Shown: piece by piece, positions 47,751-57,220 of the stretch
How the letters are laid out: each line of letters opens with the position of its first letter
Position numbering within the stretch: the stretch's first letter is position 1
IMG/VR virus record: IMGVR_UViG_3300050821_006485
Coordinates: 37,203 to 101,202 of that record
From: a virus
DNA length: 64,000 bases
Direction: 5' to 3' (one strand)
Made by a program: the position numbers and the translations under genes
Notes under the pieces: model-generated
What the model was told of the DNA's origin: nothing
The model's input: the letters and a program-made list of their open reading frames with translations, nothing else
The model's database searches: none

Positions 47751-48148
47751 TGTCCCTCCACAGGAATAATTTCAACCCAGGCAATTCCTACCTTACGTAT
47801 CCCCAAAATCGTGGCTGCTCGTTCGGATAAATCTAAAATTCGGCCACTTACAGACGGCCCCCTATCGTTTACTCGTACTGTCACGGATGTCCCGCCTTTA
47901 GGGTATTTGACTAACAGCATTGCACCGTATTTATAGTGCCTAGAAGCGCACGTGAGGGCATCCGGGTCGAATACCTCGCCGTACGCCGTACGTTTGCCTT
48001 TGAATTTAACCCCATAATAGCTAGCTACACCCTTGGTACTCGCCTGGCGTCCGCTTGGTTTTCCTAAGCAGAGCGTAGCGAGTGCTAGGAGCGTAGCGAG
48101 GAGAATTGCCAGTGGTATGACTAGGGGAGTGCCAAGCGAGCGCTTCAT
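47747..48148 (-). CDS. RlpA-like (DPBB) lytic transglycosylase with signal sequence
   Basis: GVASYYG, TAYGEVFD, VRVNDRGP, RILDLSERAA; start likely 48148. Confidence 0.88.
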   Translation of the reverse strand: MKRSLGTPLVIPLAILLATLLALATLCLGKPSGRQASTKGVASYYGVKFKGKRTAYGEVFDPDALTCASRHYKYGAMLLVKYPKGGTSVTVRVNDRGPSVSGRILDLSERAATILGIRKVGIAWVEIIPVEGQ

Positions 48149-48291
48149 TGGCTGAATAAATATGCTAAGGCCCAAAGCATAGCGGTCCATGGCCACACTC
48201 TACTTACTGGTACGCCTCCGCATACAGTAATGAGGCCACCAATAAAACAAGTAAACACCCCAACAGTACCAATAACAACTCTAAGTTTCAT
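48145..48291 (-). CDS. 48-aa membrane protein missing from the ORF track
   Basis: AAGGAG RBS; MKLRVVIGTVGVFTCFIGGLITVCGG...WALAYLFSQ; ATGA coupling. Confidence 0.55.
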   Translation of the reverse strand: MKLRVVIGTVGVFTCFIGGLITVCGGVPVSRVWPWTAMLWALAYLFSQ

Positions 48292-48535
48292 TTGAATTCT
48301 CCTTTGGTGGTTCCGGTAATTCATTGATAGTTTTAATATCTGGTTGTGCGTCGTACTCGATGGTTAGATAATACCACAAAAGCTTTATGGCGTGTTCCAA
48401 TTCTACCTTCTGCTGCTCTTCCCCCGATGTTAGTTTTCCTCTGCTCAAAATTTCCAAGCCTGCTGACCAGATGTCGTATAACTCCATGAGGTGGTCCTGC
48501 CTAGTCCCGACATCCGCCATGGAAATTAGGGGCAT
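48281..48535 (-). CDS. Hypothetical protein
   Basis: Coupled ORF. Confidence 0.6.
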   Translation of the reverse strand: MPLISMADVGTRQDHLMELYDIWSAGLEILSRGKLTSGEEQQKVELEHAIKLLWYYLTIEYDAQPDIKTINELPEPPKENSNET

Positions 48536-48738
48536 AATGTGCTTCCCATTTCTCGTAAATCTTTAAGAATTTTTCGAACACGCCGTTCTTTTGCGGCACC
48601 CATTCCCATAGGCATACCGTTAGCGGTATTAAGACAAGGCTGTTTATTCTCCCGAACTACAAGAACTTCTGCTAGTAACCTTTTAAGCAATTTATTTTCG
48701 TAAAACAAGCTTGCGCAGTCGTGACAATAAATTGCCAT
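48526..48738 (-). CDS. Hypothetical protein
   Basis: AAGGAG RBS. Confidence 0.6.
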   Translation of the reverse strand: MAIYCHDCASLFYENKLLKRLLAEVLVVRENKQPCLNTANGMPMGMGAAKERRVRKILKDLREMGSTLCP

Positions 48739-48987
48739 CTATGTCTCCTTTGCGACTTTCTTAACAAGTAGCGTGACGTTTACGCGAAGTTGTTTTAGGA
48801 GGGATTCCAAGAGGTCGTAGCGGTCTTGGAGATGTTGGTGCTCCTCTCGCGCCTGCTTAAGCCTTGATTCTGCTCCTTCATACTGCATCCAGGCGGCGTT
48901 TCTCGATGCTTTTTCCATGTAAAACTGCTTTGCCAATTCGTCCTTTTCTTCATTGGTTACCTTTGCAAGTTTCTTATAGTTGAACAT
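48739..48987 (-). CDS. Hypothetical coiled-coil protein
   Basis: AGGAGG RBS. Confidence 0.6.
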   Translation of the reverse strand: MFNYKKLAKVTNEEKDELAKQFYMEKASRNAAWMQYEGAESRLKQAREEHQHLQDRYDLLESLLKQLRVNVTLLVKKVAKET

Positions 48988-49528
48988 TTGGTACCTCCTG
49001 ATTAACTGACAATCTGTAAAGTTTTAGTGCTGCGGCCATTGCTTTCCATTCCCCATATGTATACCTGGCACCTTTTCCTCCATTACAGTCCTTACAACAT
49101 ACAACACAATTGTCTACTGTGTATCCTATATCATTATCTGTTCTATCAAGGTTATACCTACAACTTTTTGCCCCGTATTCCTTGAAAATCACCGCAGAAT
49201 CACAATAATGACAAATTGGATTAGAAGCAAAATTCACAAAGTCTTCGTACGTTATAGCAACTTCTCTAGTTGAAACTCTTGCGGCTCTAAGAAATAAATT
49301 GTAAAGAGCCTCATAAGGCCTACTGCGAAGATTAATGTTCTTTTTACAACCACAGCTTTTGGTGTCACCGGCCCTTAACGAGCCGCCAGAGACAGTGTGC
49401 TTATTTCCGCATACGCATATTACGTCCCATTTTGTTCTATACCCATCTTTGTTTTTCGCTTCAGATCGCCCAACTACCGTCCAAAATCCGAAGATTTTCC
49501 CTTCAAGTTCAGTGTATTTGCCTTGCAC
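48974..49528 (-). CDS. HNH homing endonuclease
   Basis: CVCG...SCGC; CHYC...LDRTDNDIGYTVDNCVVCCKDCNGGK. Confidence 0.85.
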   Translation of the reverse strand: MQGKYTELEGKIFGFWTVVGRSEAKNKDGYRTKWDVICVCGNKHTVSGGSLRAGDTKSCGCKKNINLRSRPYEALYNLFLRAARVSTREVAITYEDFVNFASNPICHYCDSAVIFKEYGAKSCRYNLDRTDNDIGYTVDNCVVCCKDCNGGKGARYTYGEWKAMAAALKLYRLSVNQEVPNVQL

Positions 49529-49776
49529 TCTTCCGCCTTTCTCACAGTTACTTTACAAAGTTCATTACAATTTGAGCAGCGCCAACCGCCCAAACCCTTC
49601 CATTCCGGCGTCTTGCCGTCCTTACCGTTTCCTACACGCCCGCATGGTTGTTTCGTGGCCTGGACCTTACAACAAACAGATTGGTAGTAGTTCACAGGGC
49701 CGGTTTTGACTTTTACTGGCTTGGGCTTGTTGCTCGATTTTTCTGCGTATCGGCTTTTGCCTTTGGTTTTGCTCAC
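49474..49776 (-). CDS. Small basic Cys-rich protein
   Basis: SVCC...WRCSNCNELC; GAGG RBS. Confidence 0.55.
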   Translation of the reverse strand: MSKTKGKSRYAEKSSNKPKPVKVKTGPVNYYQSVCCKVQATKQPCGRVGNGKDGKTPEWKGLGGWRCSNCNELCKVTVRKAEECKANTLNLKGKSSDFGR

Positions 49777-50357
49777 GCCGCACCTCTAGTAGACAGCCTA
49801 TAGAAAGTCCGGGTATTTGTCAACTCATAAAAACGCATCAAAAATATACGCTTGGCTTCCTCCGGGGTCCACGGCACGATTTTCTCTGGCAAAGGCTCAA
49901 TGTCCATGAACGGTTCACCCCAAAGCAAATCTCTCTGCTCTGTAATAAGAAGCCTGTTGTCTGCATCTTTGACTTCGGCGGGCTCTTCAAATGGCAATTC
50001 GAAGTGCTCCATAATAGCATCTAAGCCCTGCCTTTCATATATACGGTATGTTTCCATACCAACGCTGTGCTTGAGGGGCCGGGAAATATCCCCTAGGAAG
50101 GCCTCCGCGCTATCATGAAGCAAAGCTCGTAACTGGTTTTCTGGAGAACAAAGATAAGACACGCGTACGCTGTGCTCTGCCACGCTATAAAACTTAGAAC
50201 AGTGGCCCGTAAACCTACAAATGTTGCTTAGACTATTTGCAATGTCTTCTATACTTATCTCCTCAGCAAGTGGCCAGCCAAAATAGTACTTTTTACGCCA
50301 AAAAGTATAGATATGGGGCAGAGATTTTCTTGGTGTGTAGGTCACCGCTCTGTCCAA
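49773..50357 (-). CDS. HD-domain nucleotide phosphohydrolase (YfbR/YfdR-like)
   Basis: DIANSLSNICRFTGH, YSVAEHS, LLHDSAEAFLGD, VKDAD. Confidence 0.88.
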   Translation of the reverse strand: MDRAVTYTPRKSLPHIYTFWRKKYYFGWPLAEEISIEDIANSLSNICRFTGHCSKFYSVAEHSVRVSYLCSPENQLRALLHDSAEAFLGDISRPLKHSVGMETYRIYERQGLDAIMEHFELPFEEPAEVKDADNRLLITEQRDLLWGEPFMDIEPLPEKIVPWTPEEAKRIFLMRFYELTNTRTFYRLSTRGAA

Positions 50358-50713
50358 TCTTCTGGATCGGTGTCAATTACAATGTGACCGAATTTTAGCA
50401 CCGAACCGTCTTGCTCGCATTCAAATGGTTTCTTAAAGTCTACCAAATGCACGCCAGTTGGTTTCTTTCGTGTTGCCATACTTACCGGCACTACTCCGAT
50501 TAGCCCAGCATCCACCGGGTACGCATTGCCGTCCTGGTCATAATATTCCCCATCTCCATAAGCTGTACCAAAAGCTACGGCAGTTTTTCCTTTCTTTGTG
50601 TAAGGCTTATTGAAATAATCAGACGCCTCAAGAACCTTCATCCATGCACTTTGTTTGCCTTGAAGAACATAGCAAGGATCGCCTACGTAATACTTTCCCG
50701 CCTTTAATTTCAT
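50342..50713 (-). CDS. Hypothetical phage protein
   Basis: YYVGDPCY, TAYGDGEY, VDAGLIG motifs. Confidence 0.7.
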   Translation of the reverse strand: MKLKAGKYYVGDPCYVLQGKQSAWMKVLEASDYFNKPYTKKGKTAVAFGTAYGDGEYYDQDGNAYPVDAGLIGVVPVSMATRKKPTGVHLVDFKKPFECEQDGSVLKFGHIVIDTDPEDWTER

Positions 50714-51759
50714 ACTGCCTCCATTGGTACTTCTATTAGCCCGCCTTCTTCCTTCTCAAGTGAAGCAATCTTTACTCGCAGCGCCTCGATTATTTCTGGC
50801 CTCTCGCTTAGCACTTCCTTAACTTTCTCTAGGCCTTGCCCTATCCTTTCTCCAGCATAACTATACCATGACCCCGAGACTTCCAGCAATCCTCTTCGTA
50901 TAGCATAAGCAATTAAATCGCCTATCTTATCAAATCCGCTGGGCCTTTCTGTGCCGGGATAGATCAAATCTACCGTGGCCTCGCGGAAGGGCCGACCTGT
51001 TTTGTTTTTGATGCACTTAAGGCGTACTTGGTGGCCTGTAATGTTTTCCTTGCTTCCAATTGCTTCTCTGCGTCTCACATCAATGCGCACACTAGTGTAA
51101 AACTTTAATGCGCGTCCCCCTGTAGTCGTTTCATTTGAACCGTACATCACGCCAATTTTTTCCCTAAGTTGGGAAATAAATATCACAGTTACCTTATTAG
51201 TAGCGGCTTTACCCGTTATCTTACGAAGCGCCTTAGACATCAGTCGAGCCTGTAAGCCTATGCTTGCGTCCTGCATTTCTCCGGCCAATTCCGCTTCTGG
51301 AACAAGGGCAGCAACCGAATCAATGACGATTAGGCTCACGCACTGAGAATCAATGCACTCCTCGGCCACTTGCAAGGCCTCTTCTCCCGAAGAAGGTTGG
51401 TTAATAACTAGGTTATCTATGTCTACACCCAGAGTTTGTGCGTAGGATGGGTCAAGCGAGTGCTCGGCATCTATGAAAACTGCTATGCCTCCTAGGGCTT
51501 GTTCCTGCGCTATTACGTGCAGCGTAAAGCTGGTCTTTCCGCTAGATTCCGGCCCTAGTACTTCAATGATTCTTCCACGAGGGATACCGCCGCATTCCAA
51601 CGCGCCAAAATCGAAGGTAGGCAGACCAGTCGGTATAACCGGAATTGGTGTAATGTTTTTGCTGCCTAGACGCAATAACGAGTTAGCAGTTTCGTGCTTC
51701 TTATCGAGGGCCTTAGATAAGGCAAAAATGGTCTTAAATTTTTCTGTGTTACTCGACAT
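50710..51759 (-). CDS. recA: RecA recombinase
   Basis: GGIPRGRIIEVLGPESSGKT, FIDAEH, IDSVAAL, QLREKIGVMYG, GGRALKFY. Confidence 0.97.
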   Translation of the reverse strand: MSSNTEKFKTIFALSKALDKKHETANSLLRLGSKNITPIPVIPTGLPTFDFGALECGGIPRGRIIEVLGPESSGKTSFTLHVIAQEQALGGIAVFIDAEHSLDPSYAQTLGVDIDNLVINQPSSGEEALQVAEECIDSQCVSLIVIDSVAALVPEAELAGEMQDASIGLQARLMSKALRKITGKAATNKVTVIFISQLREKIGVMYGSNETTTGGRALKFYTSVRIDVRRREAIGSKENITGHQVRLKCIKNKTGRPFREATVDLIYPGTERPSGFDKIGDLIAYAIRRGLLEVSGSWYSYAGERIGQGLEKVKEVLSERPEIIEALRVKIASLEKEEGGLIEVPMEAV

Positions 51760-52381
51760 CTTTTACCTCAAGCTGAGCCACTTCCAATTCATTAAGGCAC
51801 CTGAATTTAGTGCCACGAATATCAATAGTCCAGCTACGATGGTAGTGGCCAAAAACCCAATATTCCGGCTTGTGGATATCCCACATAGCTTGAAGTAATT
51901 TGGCAGTTCTAGATTCGGTTGAACCCCACTTCTCCGGCCTAAATCCACCGTCCCGTAGCAACTGCTCCCCTATTTCCTGCGGGCAATCGTGCGTAGCAAC
52001 AATCCTTGGCTTTTGCTTGGCATACGCCTCGTACGCTTTTTGTCCTTCCTCGGCGGACAGCTCCTCACCGAACCACCAGGATTTTCCGGGCACTCGCCAC
52101 TGCCAATCTATGCTAAATGCTCCGCCTACCACGAACACGCCATTCCACGGCCCGTATTCCCCGGCGTAGTTGCTGTGGCTTTGGCACAGACCGGGATTAT
52201 CGTGGTTGCCACGAATAAAGCCAAAGCACGCGGGTTGCGGCGGCAGATTAACGCCTTGGAACCCGAGGCCCATGTCTCCTACTTGGAGGATGTAATTGGC
52301 GTCTTGCCCTCTACGGGCCAATAGTGGCACAAGACATTCGGTTGTCTTGCCGTGTACATCTCCGATAAATATGTATTTCAT
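51749..52381 (-). CDS. Calcineurin-like metallophosphoesterase
   Basis: GDVHG, GDMG, GNHD, THD, GHYH. Confidence 0.9.
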   Translation of the reverse strand: MKYIFIGDVHGKTTECLVPLLARRGQDANYILQVGDMGLGFQGVNLPPQPACFGFIRGNHDNPGLCQSHSNYAGEYGPWNGVFVVGGAFSIDWQWRVPGKSWWFGEELSAEEGQKAYEAYAKQKPRIVATHDCPQEIGEQLLRDGGFRPEKWGSTESRTAKLLQAMWDIHKPEYWVFGHYHRSWTIDIRGTKFRCLNELEVAQLEVKDVE

Positions 52382-52608
52382 ACGGTCCCTCGATAAAATC
52401 CGAATCTTTGCATAAACCTTCCCACTGCGTCGTCATCCACCAAAGTTCCTATGTGGCCGATTTTGTCTTCCTTATCCACGAGGAAAATTTGTAATTCCTT
52501 GACATCCGCCTGGTGCTCGCTTAGCAACTTTATAACATGCTCAACGGGTTCCATTGGAATACCCCTAGGCTTCTTCACAGGCCGATAGAACTCAATCAAG
52601 ACCCCCAT
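52378..52608 (-). CDS. Hypothetical protein
   Basis: Coupled ORF. Confidence 0.55.
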   Translation of the reverse strand: MGVLIEFYRPVKKPRGIPMEPVEHVIKLLSEHQADVKELQIFLVDKEDKIGHIGTLVDDDAVGRFMQRFGFYRGTV

Positions 52609-52739
52609 TTTAGCGTTCCTATAAATAATGCCGCGAGTATGCTAAACACATATGAGTCTGCCGAAGGAAAGGAAGTATCGTGGATGATTACTCCTACAGA
52701 GAATAAAATAACCCAGTAGCAAAAAATTTTAAATGGCAT
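52596..52739 (-). CDS. 47-aa two-TM membrane protein missing from the ORF track
   Basis: GGAGG RBS; MPFKIFCYWVILFSVGVII...FSILAALFIGTLKWGS. Confidence 0.5.
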   Translation of the reverse strand: MPFKIFCYWVILFSVGVIIHDTSFPSADSYVFSILAALFIGTLKWGS

Positions 52740-53004
52740 CACTTTCCTCCGTACGTAGTACGCTTAGCTTCTTCCCAAGATACGCCTTGAACCGCTTGAC
52801 GTACTTAACCCCGTATTGCTTAATTAGTGCTTGCTCACCGGACATTTGTAAGATACTGTGTAGTGCTGGGATATCTGCGTAGTTCTCCCAATAGGCTTGC
52901 CAGCAATCATCGCAGTTAAGGGCGGGCGGGCACTTGCTTATTTTGTGCTGGCAGGCTACTACCACGTCATGCTTGATCGTTCGATAGCCCCTCATCTGCA
53001 ACAT
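52729..53004 (-). CDS. Hypothetical Cys-containing protein
   Basis: ACQHK...NCDDCWQAYW; ATG ~53004 after AAGGAG. Confidence 0.55.
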   Translation of the reverse strand: MLQMRGYRTIKHDVVVACQHKISKCPPALNCDDCWQAYWENYADIPALHSILQMSGEQALIKQYGVKYVKRFKAYLGKKLSVLRTEESDAI

Positions 53005-53371
53005 GTTCCGGCTCCTTTTTGTTTTTAACTCGGAAGAATAGGGCTCTGTAGTGCCCACCCGCATCTAGCGCATTTTCAAGAAACGCTTTGCCTAAACGTT
53101 GACGCAAATTCTCCGGCAAATTCTCGTAACTTTCTGGGTCTTCTAGGACTAAATTCCATAATTGCTTTTCAATAGGCCAATGTAATTCTCTTGCCGCTTT
53201 CAAAAAAATATCGCAAGTATAGTCCACCGGCTCCGCTCGGCATTGGTCTTGCTTAAGTTCGGCGCGACGAATTTGCATGTTTGCACCGGTCTTAAGCAGG
53301 GCATATAACGCCATCGAATTTTTGTACACCTCATCATACTTTCGTAATTGTTCTTTAGTTGTTTCAACCAT
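52967..53371 (-). CDS. Hypothetical protein
   Basis: 134-aa ORF in the operon. Confidence 0.6.
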   Translation of the reverse strand: MVETTKEQLRKYDEVYKNSMALYALLKTGANMQIRRAELKQDQCRAEPVDYTCDIFLKAARELHWPIEKQLWNLVLEDPESYENLPENLRQRLGKAFLENALDAGGHYRALFFRVKNKKEPEHVADEGLSNDQA

Positions 53372-53373
53372 TC

Positions 53374-53625
53374 TTACCTTTCACACTTATTTGGGCACTT
53401 ATAAAGTTGATGATATGCCCATGGGGTTACATTAGAATAATAAAGTGCTATTGTGTCCAATTCAAGATGACGACCACACTGGGGGCACCAATTTTTACGA
53501 TTCCACACCGGTCCCCAATAAATTGGCCTGTCTTGTTGGCAGCGGTCACACCAGCCGCCCCCGATACACCCCGAGTAATCGCAGCCAAATAACCAGCACC
53601 ATGCTCTAAGCACTTGTACCCCCAT
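53374..53625 (-). CDS. Small Cys-rich (zinc-binding) protein
   Basis: CDRC, CPQC, CPNKC. Confidence 0.5.
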   Translation of the reverse strand: MGVQVLRAWCWLFGCDYSGCIGGGWCDRCQQDRPIYWGPVWNRKNWCPQCGRHLELDTIALYYSNVTPWAYHQLYKCPNKCER

Positions 53626-53989
53626 ATTTCATTTTTTTCTTGACCTTCGCAATACCCAGCAACCCCCAAGTTTTTTTACCTAGCGCTTGCTCGGCGGGCG
53701 GTTTATCGTGGTACTCGGCCAATGCCCTTAGCACATCGGCGGTATTCTTAGGGAACGCTTTTTCTATAAGTCCGTATGCTCGGTTAAGTCTCCACTCTAA
53801 AATTCCCGAGACTAAGCCAGAGGCGTGTCGATGATCGGTGCTCAACCTGTTGCCTAACAATAACCTGTATACCGGGTGTTGGCTCTGGAAGCGCAATATC
53901 TTGTCCCATTCCTCTGGCCTGAGTCTAAACAGTTTCCAGAGCCGCGCCGCTTTCGCGGCGGCTCTCCTTTCTTCTGGAGATTTCTTCAT
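53606..53989 (-). CDS. Endonuclease VII-like protein lacking the zinc cysteines
   Basis: LSTDHRHASGLVSGILEWRLNRAYG aligns to LxVDHxHxTGxVRGLLCxxCNxxLG. Confidence 0.6.
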   Translation of the reverse strand: MKKSPEERRAAAKAARLWKLFRLRPEEWDKILRFQSQHPVYRLLLGNRLSTDHRHASGLVSGILEWRLNRAYGLIEKAFPKNTADVLRALAEYHDKPPAEQALGKKTWGLLGIAKVKKKMKYGGTSA

Positions 53990-54489
53990 TGCTTAACAAC
54001 CCTGTACTTAAGTCCCAGTAGGGACTTTTTAGTACCGTACTTGTCCGCAGCCTCGTTAGCTTCTATTTCTGTGGAAAAAACTTTTTCCTTTAAACCGGTA
54101 TTAATAGAAGGGCTCCACCCGTCTCCTGTATTAACCTCCACAATCCACTTTCCTATCTCAATGTTAGGATGAATTGCAAAAGGAGGTTTGTAATAAATAG
54201 GGACTTCCGTAGCCTCATACTCACCCCTCTTCCTATTAACCACCTTGTAGTTCAACTTCCCGGCCTGCCTAAGCATACGCAGGATACGCTCGGGAGACCC
54301 AGGCGCTACATGTCCTACCGCATCGCGTACATAGTGCAGAAGCTGGGCGGTGGTGAACGTGGGGTCCGAGGAAGCTAACCGGCGTTCTACGAAGTACTGC
54401 ACGGCGGGCGCTAGCCTACTTGCTAAGGTCTTAATGGTCTTATCTGCCTTTGCAAACGGCACTGGTTTATCTCTGAATAGACTAATCAC
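53986..54489 (-). CDS. Hypothetical protein (possible winged helix)
   Basis: APGSPERILRMLRQAGKLNYKVVNR. Confidence 0.6.
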   Translation of the reverse strand: MISLFRDKPVPFAKADKTIKTLASRLAPAVQYFVERRLASSDPTFTTAQLLHYVRDAVGHVAPGSPERILRMLRQAGKLNYKVVNRKRGEYEATEVPIYYKPPFAIHPNIEIGKWIVEVNTGDGWSPSINTGLKEKVFSTEIEANEAADKYGTKKSLLGLKYRVVKQ

Positions 54490-54679
54490 TTAGATGGTCC
54501 TCCTCGTACCACTTCTCTGTCTGCCCTTCAATGTTATCGTGGAAATAATCAAAGGCCCAATCGTCGTCTATCAGCTTCAGTTCCTTGATGGCCTTAGTAT
54601 ATACCTTGTCTCGTTCTTTGTTTAGCCGGGCAATTTGCTTTTTATATTGCTGAGCGGTTGATAGTCTGGTTTTCTTTGC
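54482..54679 (-). CDS. Hypothetical protein
   Basis: Short coupled ORF. Confidence 0.5.
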   Translation of the reverse strand, partial: AKKTRLSTAQQYKKQIARLNKERDKVYTKAIKELKLIDDDWAFDYFHDNIEGQTEKWYEEDHLSD

Positions 54680-55844
54680 CATACGCCACATCCTTCTCTA
54701 GGAATTTATTCGATACTACCTTAAGAATTAGCCGACCGAGCCCGCGCACATACCGCTCGTTTACTGGACGAATTACAATACCTTCTCTTAATCCCTTGGC
54801 CCCCGGCACGGCGGTTTGCCCATCTACTAATTCCCAAGGAATGTCCTTGAAAGCTCCCGTGTAGAGTATGGGTACCCATTTAACCTTTTGTATATTAAAT
54901 AGGGCAGTAAGTTCATTTCTAGCGGCAGCGTGCATCCAGGCCCCATCGGGCGTTCTAATATCAAAGGCAAAAAGTTGAGGTTCAGAACTCCCATATTGGA
55001 AGTTGCTGCCTTGGCTCGGAGTTACTTCGCCGTATAAACCATACCCTAGATATGCCCGGCACCATTCCTCGATCCAAGGTTGGGACTTTAGTACATCCCG
55101 CCAGATACACTTAGCGTTTACCGCCTTCCACTGTGTTCTAGAGCCCGCGTACATATGTTCGTCACGAAATACAAACCTCGCGTTCGACCCGTGAATTTTT
55201 TCCGTAACTTCAACCTGTTCGTTGGGCTCGAATGCATCCTTGTAGTTCTTAAGGGCCTCTACATCGTACACCGGCATATCGACGCCTTCTTCTGTGCCAT
55301 AGTCGTTCGTACCCCGCGTGCGGATGCGAAGGAAGTGGAGGATATAGTAGAACCAACCCTTGAGACTGCGCGGCCATCGCTTAGCCTTCTTGAAGGTCTC
55401 GTTATCCGCAGAAGTTTCCTTGCCCGCGTCGGGGTCGTAGTGGGTGATGCCAAGGCGTTCCGATACGTCTGCGCCTTCAACAATGCCTGGATAAAGCTGG
55501 CCCACTTCTGCATACAAAACATTAAAATCTGTAACCGGCAGAAGCAGGCCTTCCGACCATTCTCCCCTAAAGCGCTTTACAGTAATACGCCTGCGTTTCT
55601 CCGGTACTGTTCCATCAAGCCCTACGTGCGCTTCCCAAATAAAAGCAAAGGGAGGAGTTTGCGGGATCACACTATCAGGTACGATGTAAACGCCCAAATC
55701 TCCCGCTTTGAATTCGCCTTTCTTCACCACTACTTGATAAGTAGTGTTAGGAATGTCCAGTAATTCTAAGGTATCTGCGTTAGGATGCACATGGGCAGCG
55801 CCTAGTCTCACTACAACTGCGCGATGGTTTGCCTTCTTTTCCAT
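54642..55844 (-). CDS. RNA ligase, DRB0094/Rnl5-like
   Basis: HPNADTLE N-domain; TEKIHGSN (KxxG), YGE, FAFDI, REGIVIRP, LKVVS. Confidence 0.9.
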   Translation of the reverse strand: MEKKANHRAVVVRLGAAHVHPNADTLELLDIPNTTYQVVVKKGEFKAGDLGVYIVPDSVIPQTPPFAFIWEAHVGLDGTVPEKRRRITVKRFRGEWSEGLLLPVTDFNVLYAEVGQLYPGIVEGADVSERLGITHYDPDAGKETSADNETFKKAKRWPRSLKGWFYYILHFLRIRTRGTNDYGTEEGVDMPVYDVEALKNYKDAFEPNEQVEVTEKIHGSNARFVFRDEHMYAGSRTQWKAVNAKCIWRDVLKSQPWIEEWCRAYLGYGLYGEVTPSQGSNFQYGSSEPQLFAFDIRTPDGAWMHAAARNELTALFNIQKVKWVPILYTGAFKDIPWELVDGQTAVPGAKGLREGIVIRPVNERYVRGLGRLILKVVSNKFLEKDVAYGKENQTINRSAI

Positions 55845-56966
55845 TTATTCTTCCCTCCTGAAGGGGTCCTGGTCCTTTGTCTTTTCCTTTATCATTCCCC
55901 ATATTACGTCATCGTATGGCCGCTTGTCAAGCATTCTGAATAGCACAGCGCTTACGCTCTTCCTATCCCCTAGCGTAAAGAACTCGGCCAGCGCTTTCCT
56001 AGCTTCCTTGTCCTCCCCGTCTTTCGGTAGTGTACATGATTCGTAAATCGCCTTGGCCTTCTGCTCGATTCTACCGTATTCTGCTTGTAAACCATTCTTC
56101 CAGTAATTAACCCACTCCTGATAATGGCTGGGCGTGTTGTCCAACAATTCCGAGAAACTTTGACCATCTCTGAGCAGTTCCCAGATAGCTTTGGGGCTAA
56201 TAGACGTGAGCAATCGGTGTAGCCTTTGATACTCTAAAAATTTTATTTTGAGCTTTAGCGGCGGTTTTGGGCCTAGATGCCACGTAAGGACATAACCCTC
56301 GGCGTTCTCCGCCTCTTTATCGATCGTATTAAATCTTACGTCCTCCAGCTTCTTGTCAAATTTCTCTACTAGCCTACACCCGTTTAAAGATGCTAAATTT
56401 TCTAACTCGGGGCGACACAATTCTTCGCCGGTCTCAATGTTTATTAGGGTCAGAAGTTCTAGACCTTCCCAATCATATTTAACCACGATTCTGTTGTCTG
56501 GATAAACAATCTCAAACAAAGGCGTCCAACCGCTGGGCCAAATAGCTTTGGACAAATTTTTGTAGTACCACGTAGAAGCCCACGCAGCTTGGTCTGAAAT
56601 AAACGAGCCGCGAGTAGCTATGGCGGGCGTTTCTCCTACACGAAAATATACACCTAAACTTCCATCAGTTTTGGAAGTGACCTCTGGCAACCCTGGGGGC
56701 AAGTTCTCTACTGCCGTCTCTGGCCTATATGCGGTCCCAAGATTAAAGAACTTAGGGAACGGCCTAGCTACAACTTCCTGCGTAGCCGTATTGACAATCA
56801 AGCCCCGGCACTTGCATGTCACATCATCCCAGATACTCTCGAACATCGCCTTCTGCCCATAGTTGTAAATGGTCAGCGGCGCGTAGCGATGGTGCTGGGC
56901 GTTTACCACGCGGTTCTTGACGTGCTCAGCGAGTAGGTCTACGTCTAGGTAATCGGCTAGTTTCAT
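55845..56966 (-). CDS. RNA ligase, T4 Rnl1-like
   Basis: CRGLI, ARPFPKFFN, SKTDGSLG, ATRGSF, FE...NRIVVKY, EGYV, LKIK; start likely 56966. Confidence 0.9.
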   Translation of the reverse strand: MKLADYLDVDLLAEHVKNRVVNAQHHRYAPLTIYNYGQKAMFESIWDDVTCKCRGLIVNTATQEVVARPFPKFFNLGTAYRPETAVENLPPGLPEVTSKTDGSLGVYFRVGETPAIATRGSFISDQAAWASTWYYKNLSKAIWPSGWTPLFEIVYPDNRIVVKYDWEGLELLTLINIETGEELCRPELENLASLNGCRLVEKFDKKLEDVRFNTIDKEAENAEGYVLTWHLGPKPPLKLKIKFLEYQRLHRLLTSISPKAIWELLRDGQSFSELLDNTPSHYQEWVNYWKNGLQAEYGRIEQKAKAIYESCTLPKDGEDKEARKALAEFFTLGDRKSVSAVLFRMLDKRPYDDVIWGMIKEKTKDQDPFRREE

Positions 56967-57220
56967 TTCGCTTTTACCCGCATCAGCTTGTCTTGCTGAA
57001 GCTTTAGGATACCTTCCCAAGCAGCCGTTATGCGTTCTGGCTTAGCATCACCGGGTAACTCCGCCACGGCTTCAAAGTAATTTTCTCCACTGCCGGACTT
57101 GGTAGTAAGTCTGACCTTACCGCCGAACTCTTCACTAAAAGTTTGAAACACTGGGTCCTCCTTTGGATGATTGCGCTTATCAAATTGAAACGGTCTCATT
57201 ATCAGCCTCGGTGGGTACAC
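56963..57220 (-). CDS. Hypothetical protein
   Basis: Coupled ORF between primase-helicase and ligase. Confidence 0.5.
   Translation of the reverse strand: MYPPRLIMRPFQFDKRNHPKEDPVFQTFSEEFGGKVRLTTKSGSGENYFEAVAELPGDAKPERITAAWEGILKLQQDKLMRVKAK

Noticed and set aside
49773-50357. DatZ of a 2-aminoadenine (Z) genome
   Set aside because: Generic HD hydrolase motifs only; no purZ or mazZ in the window
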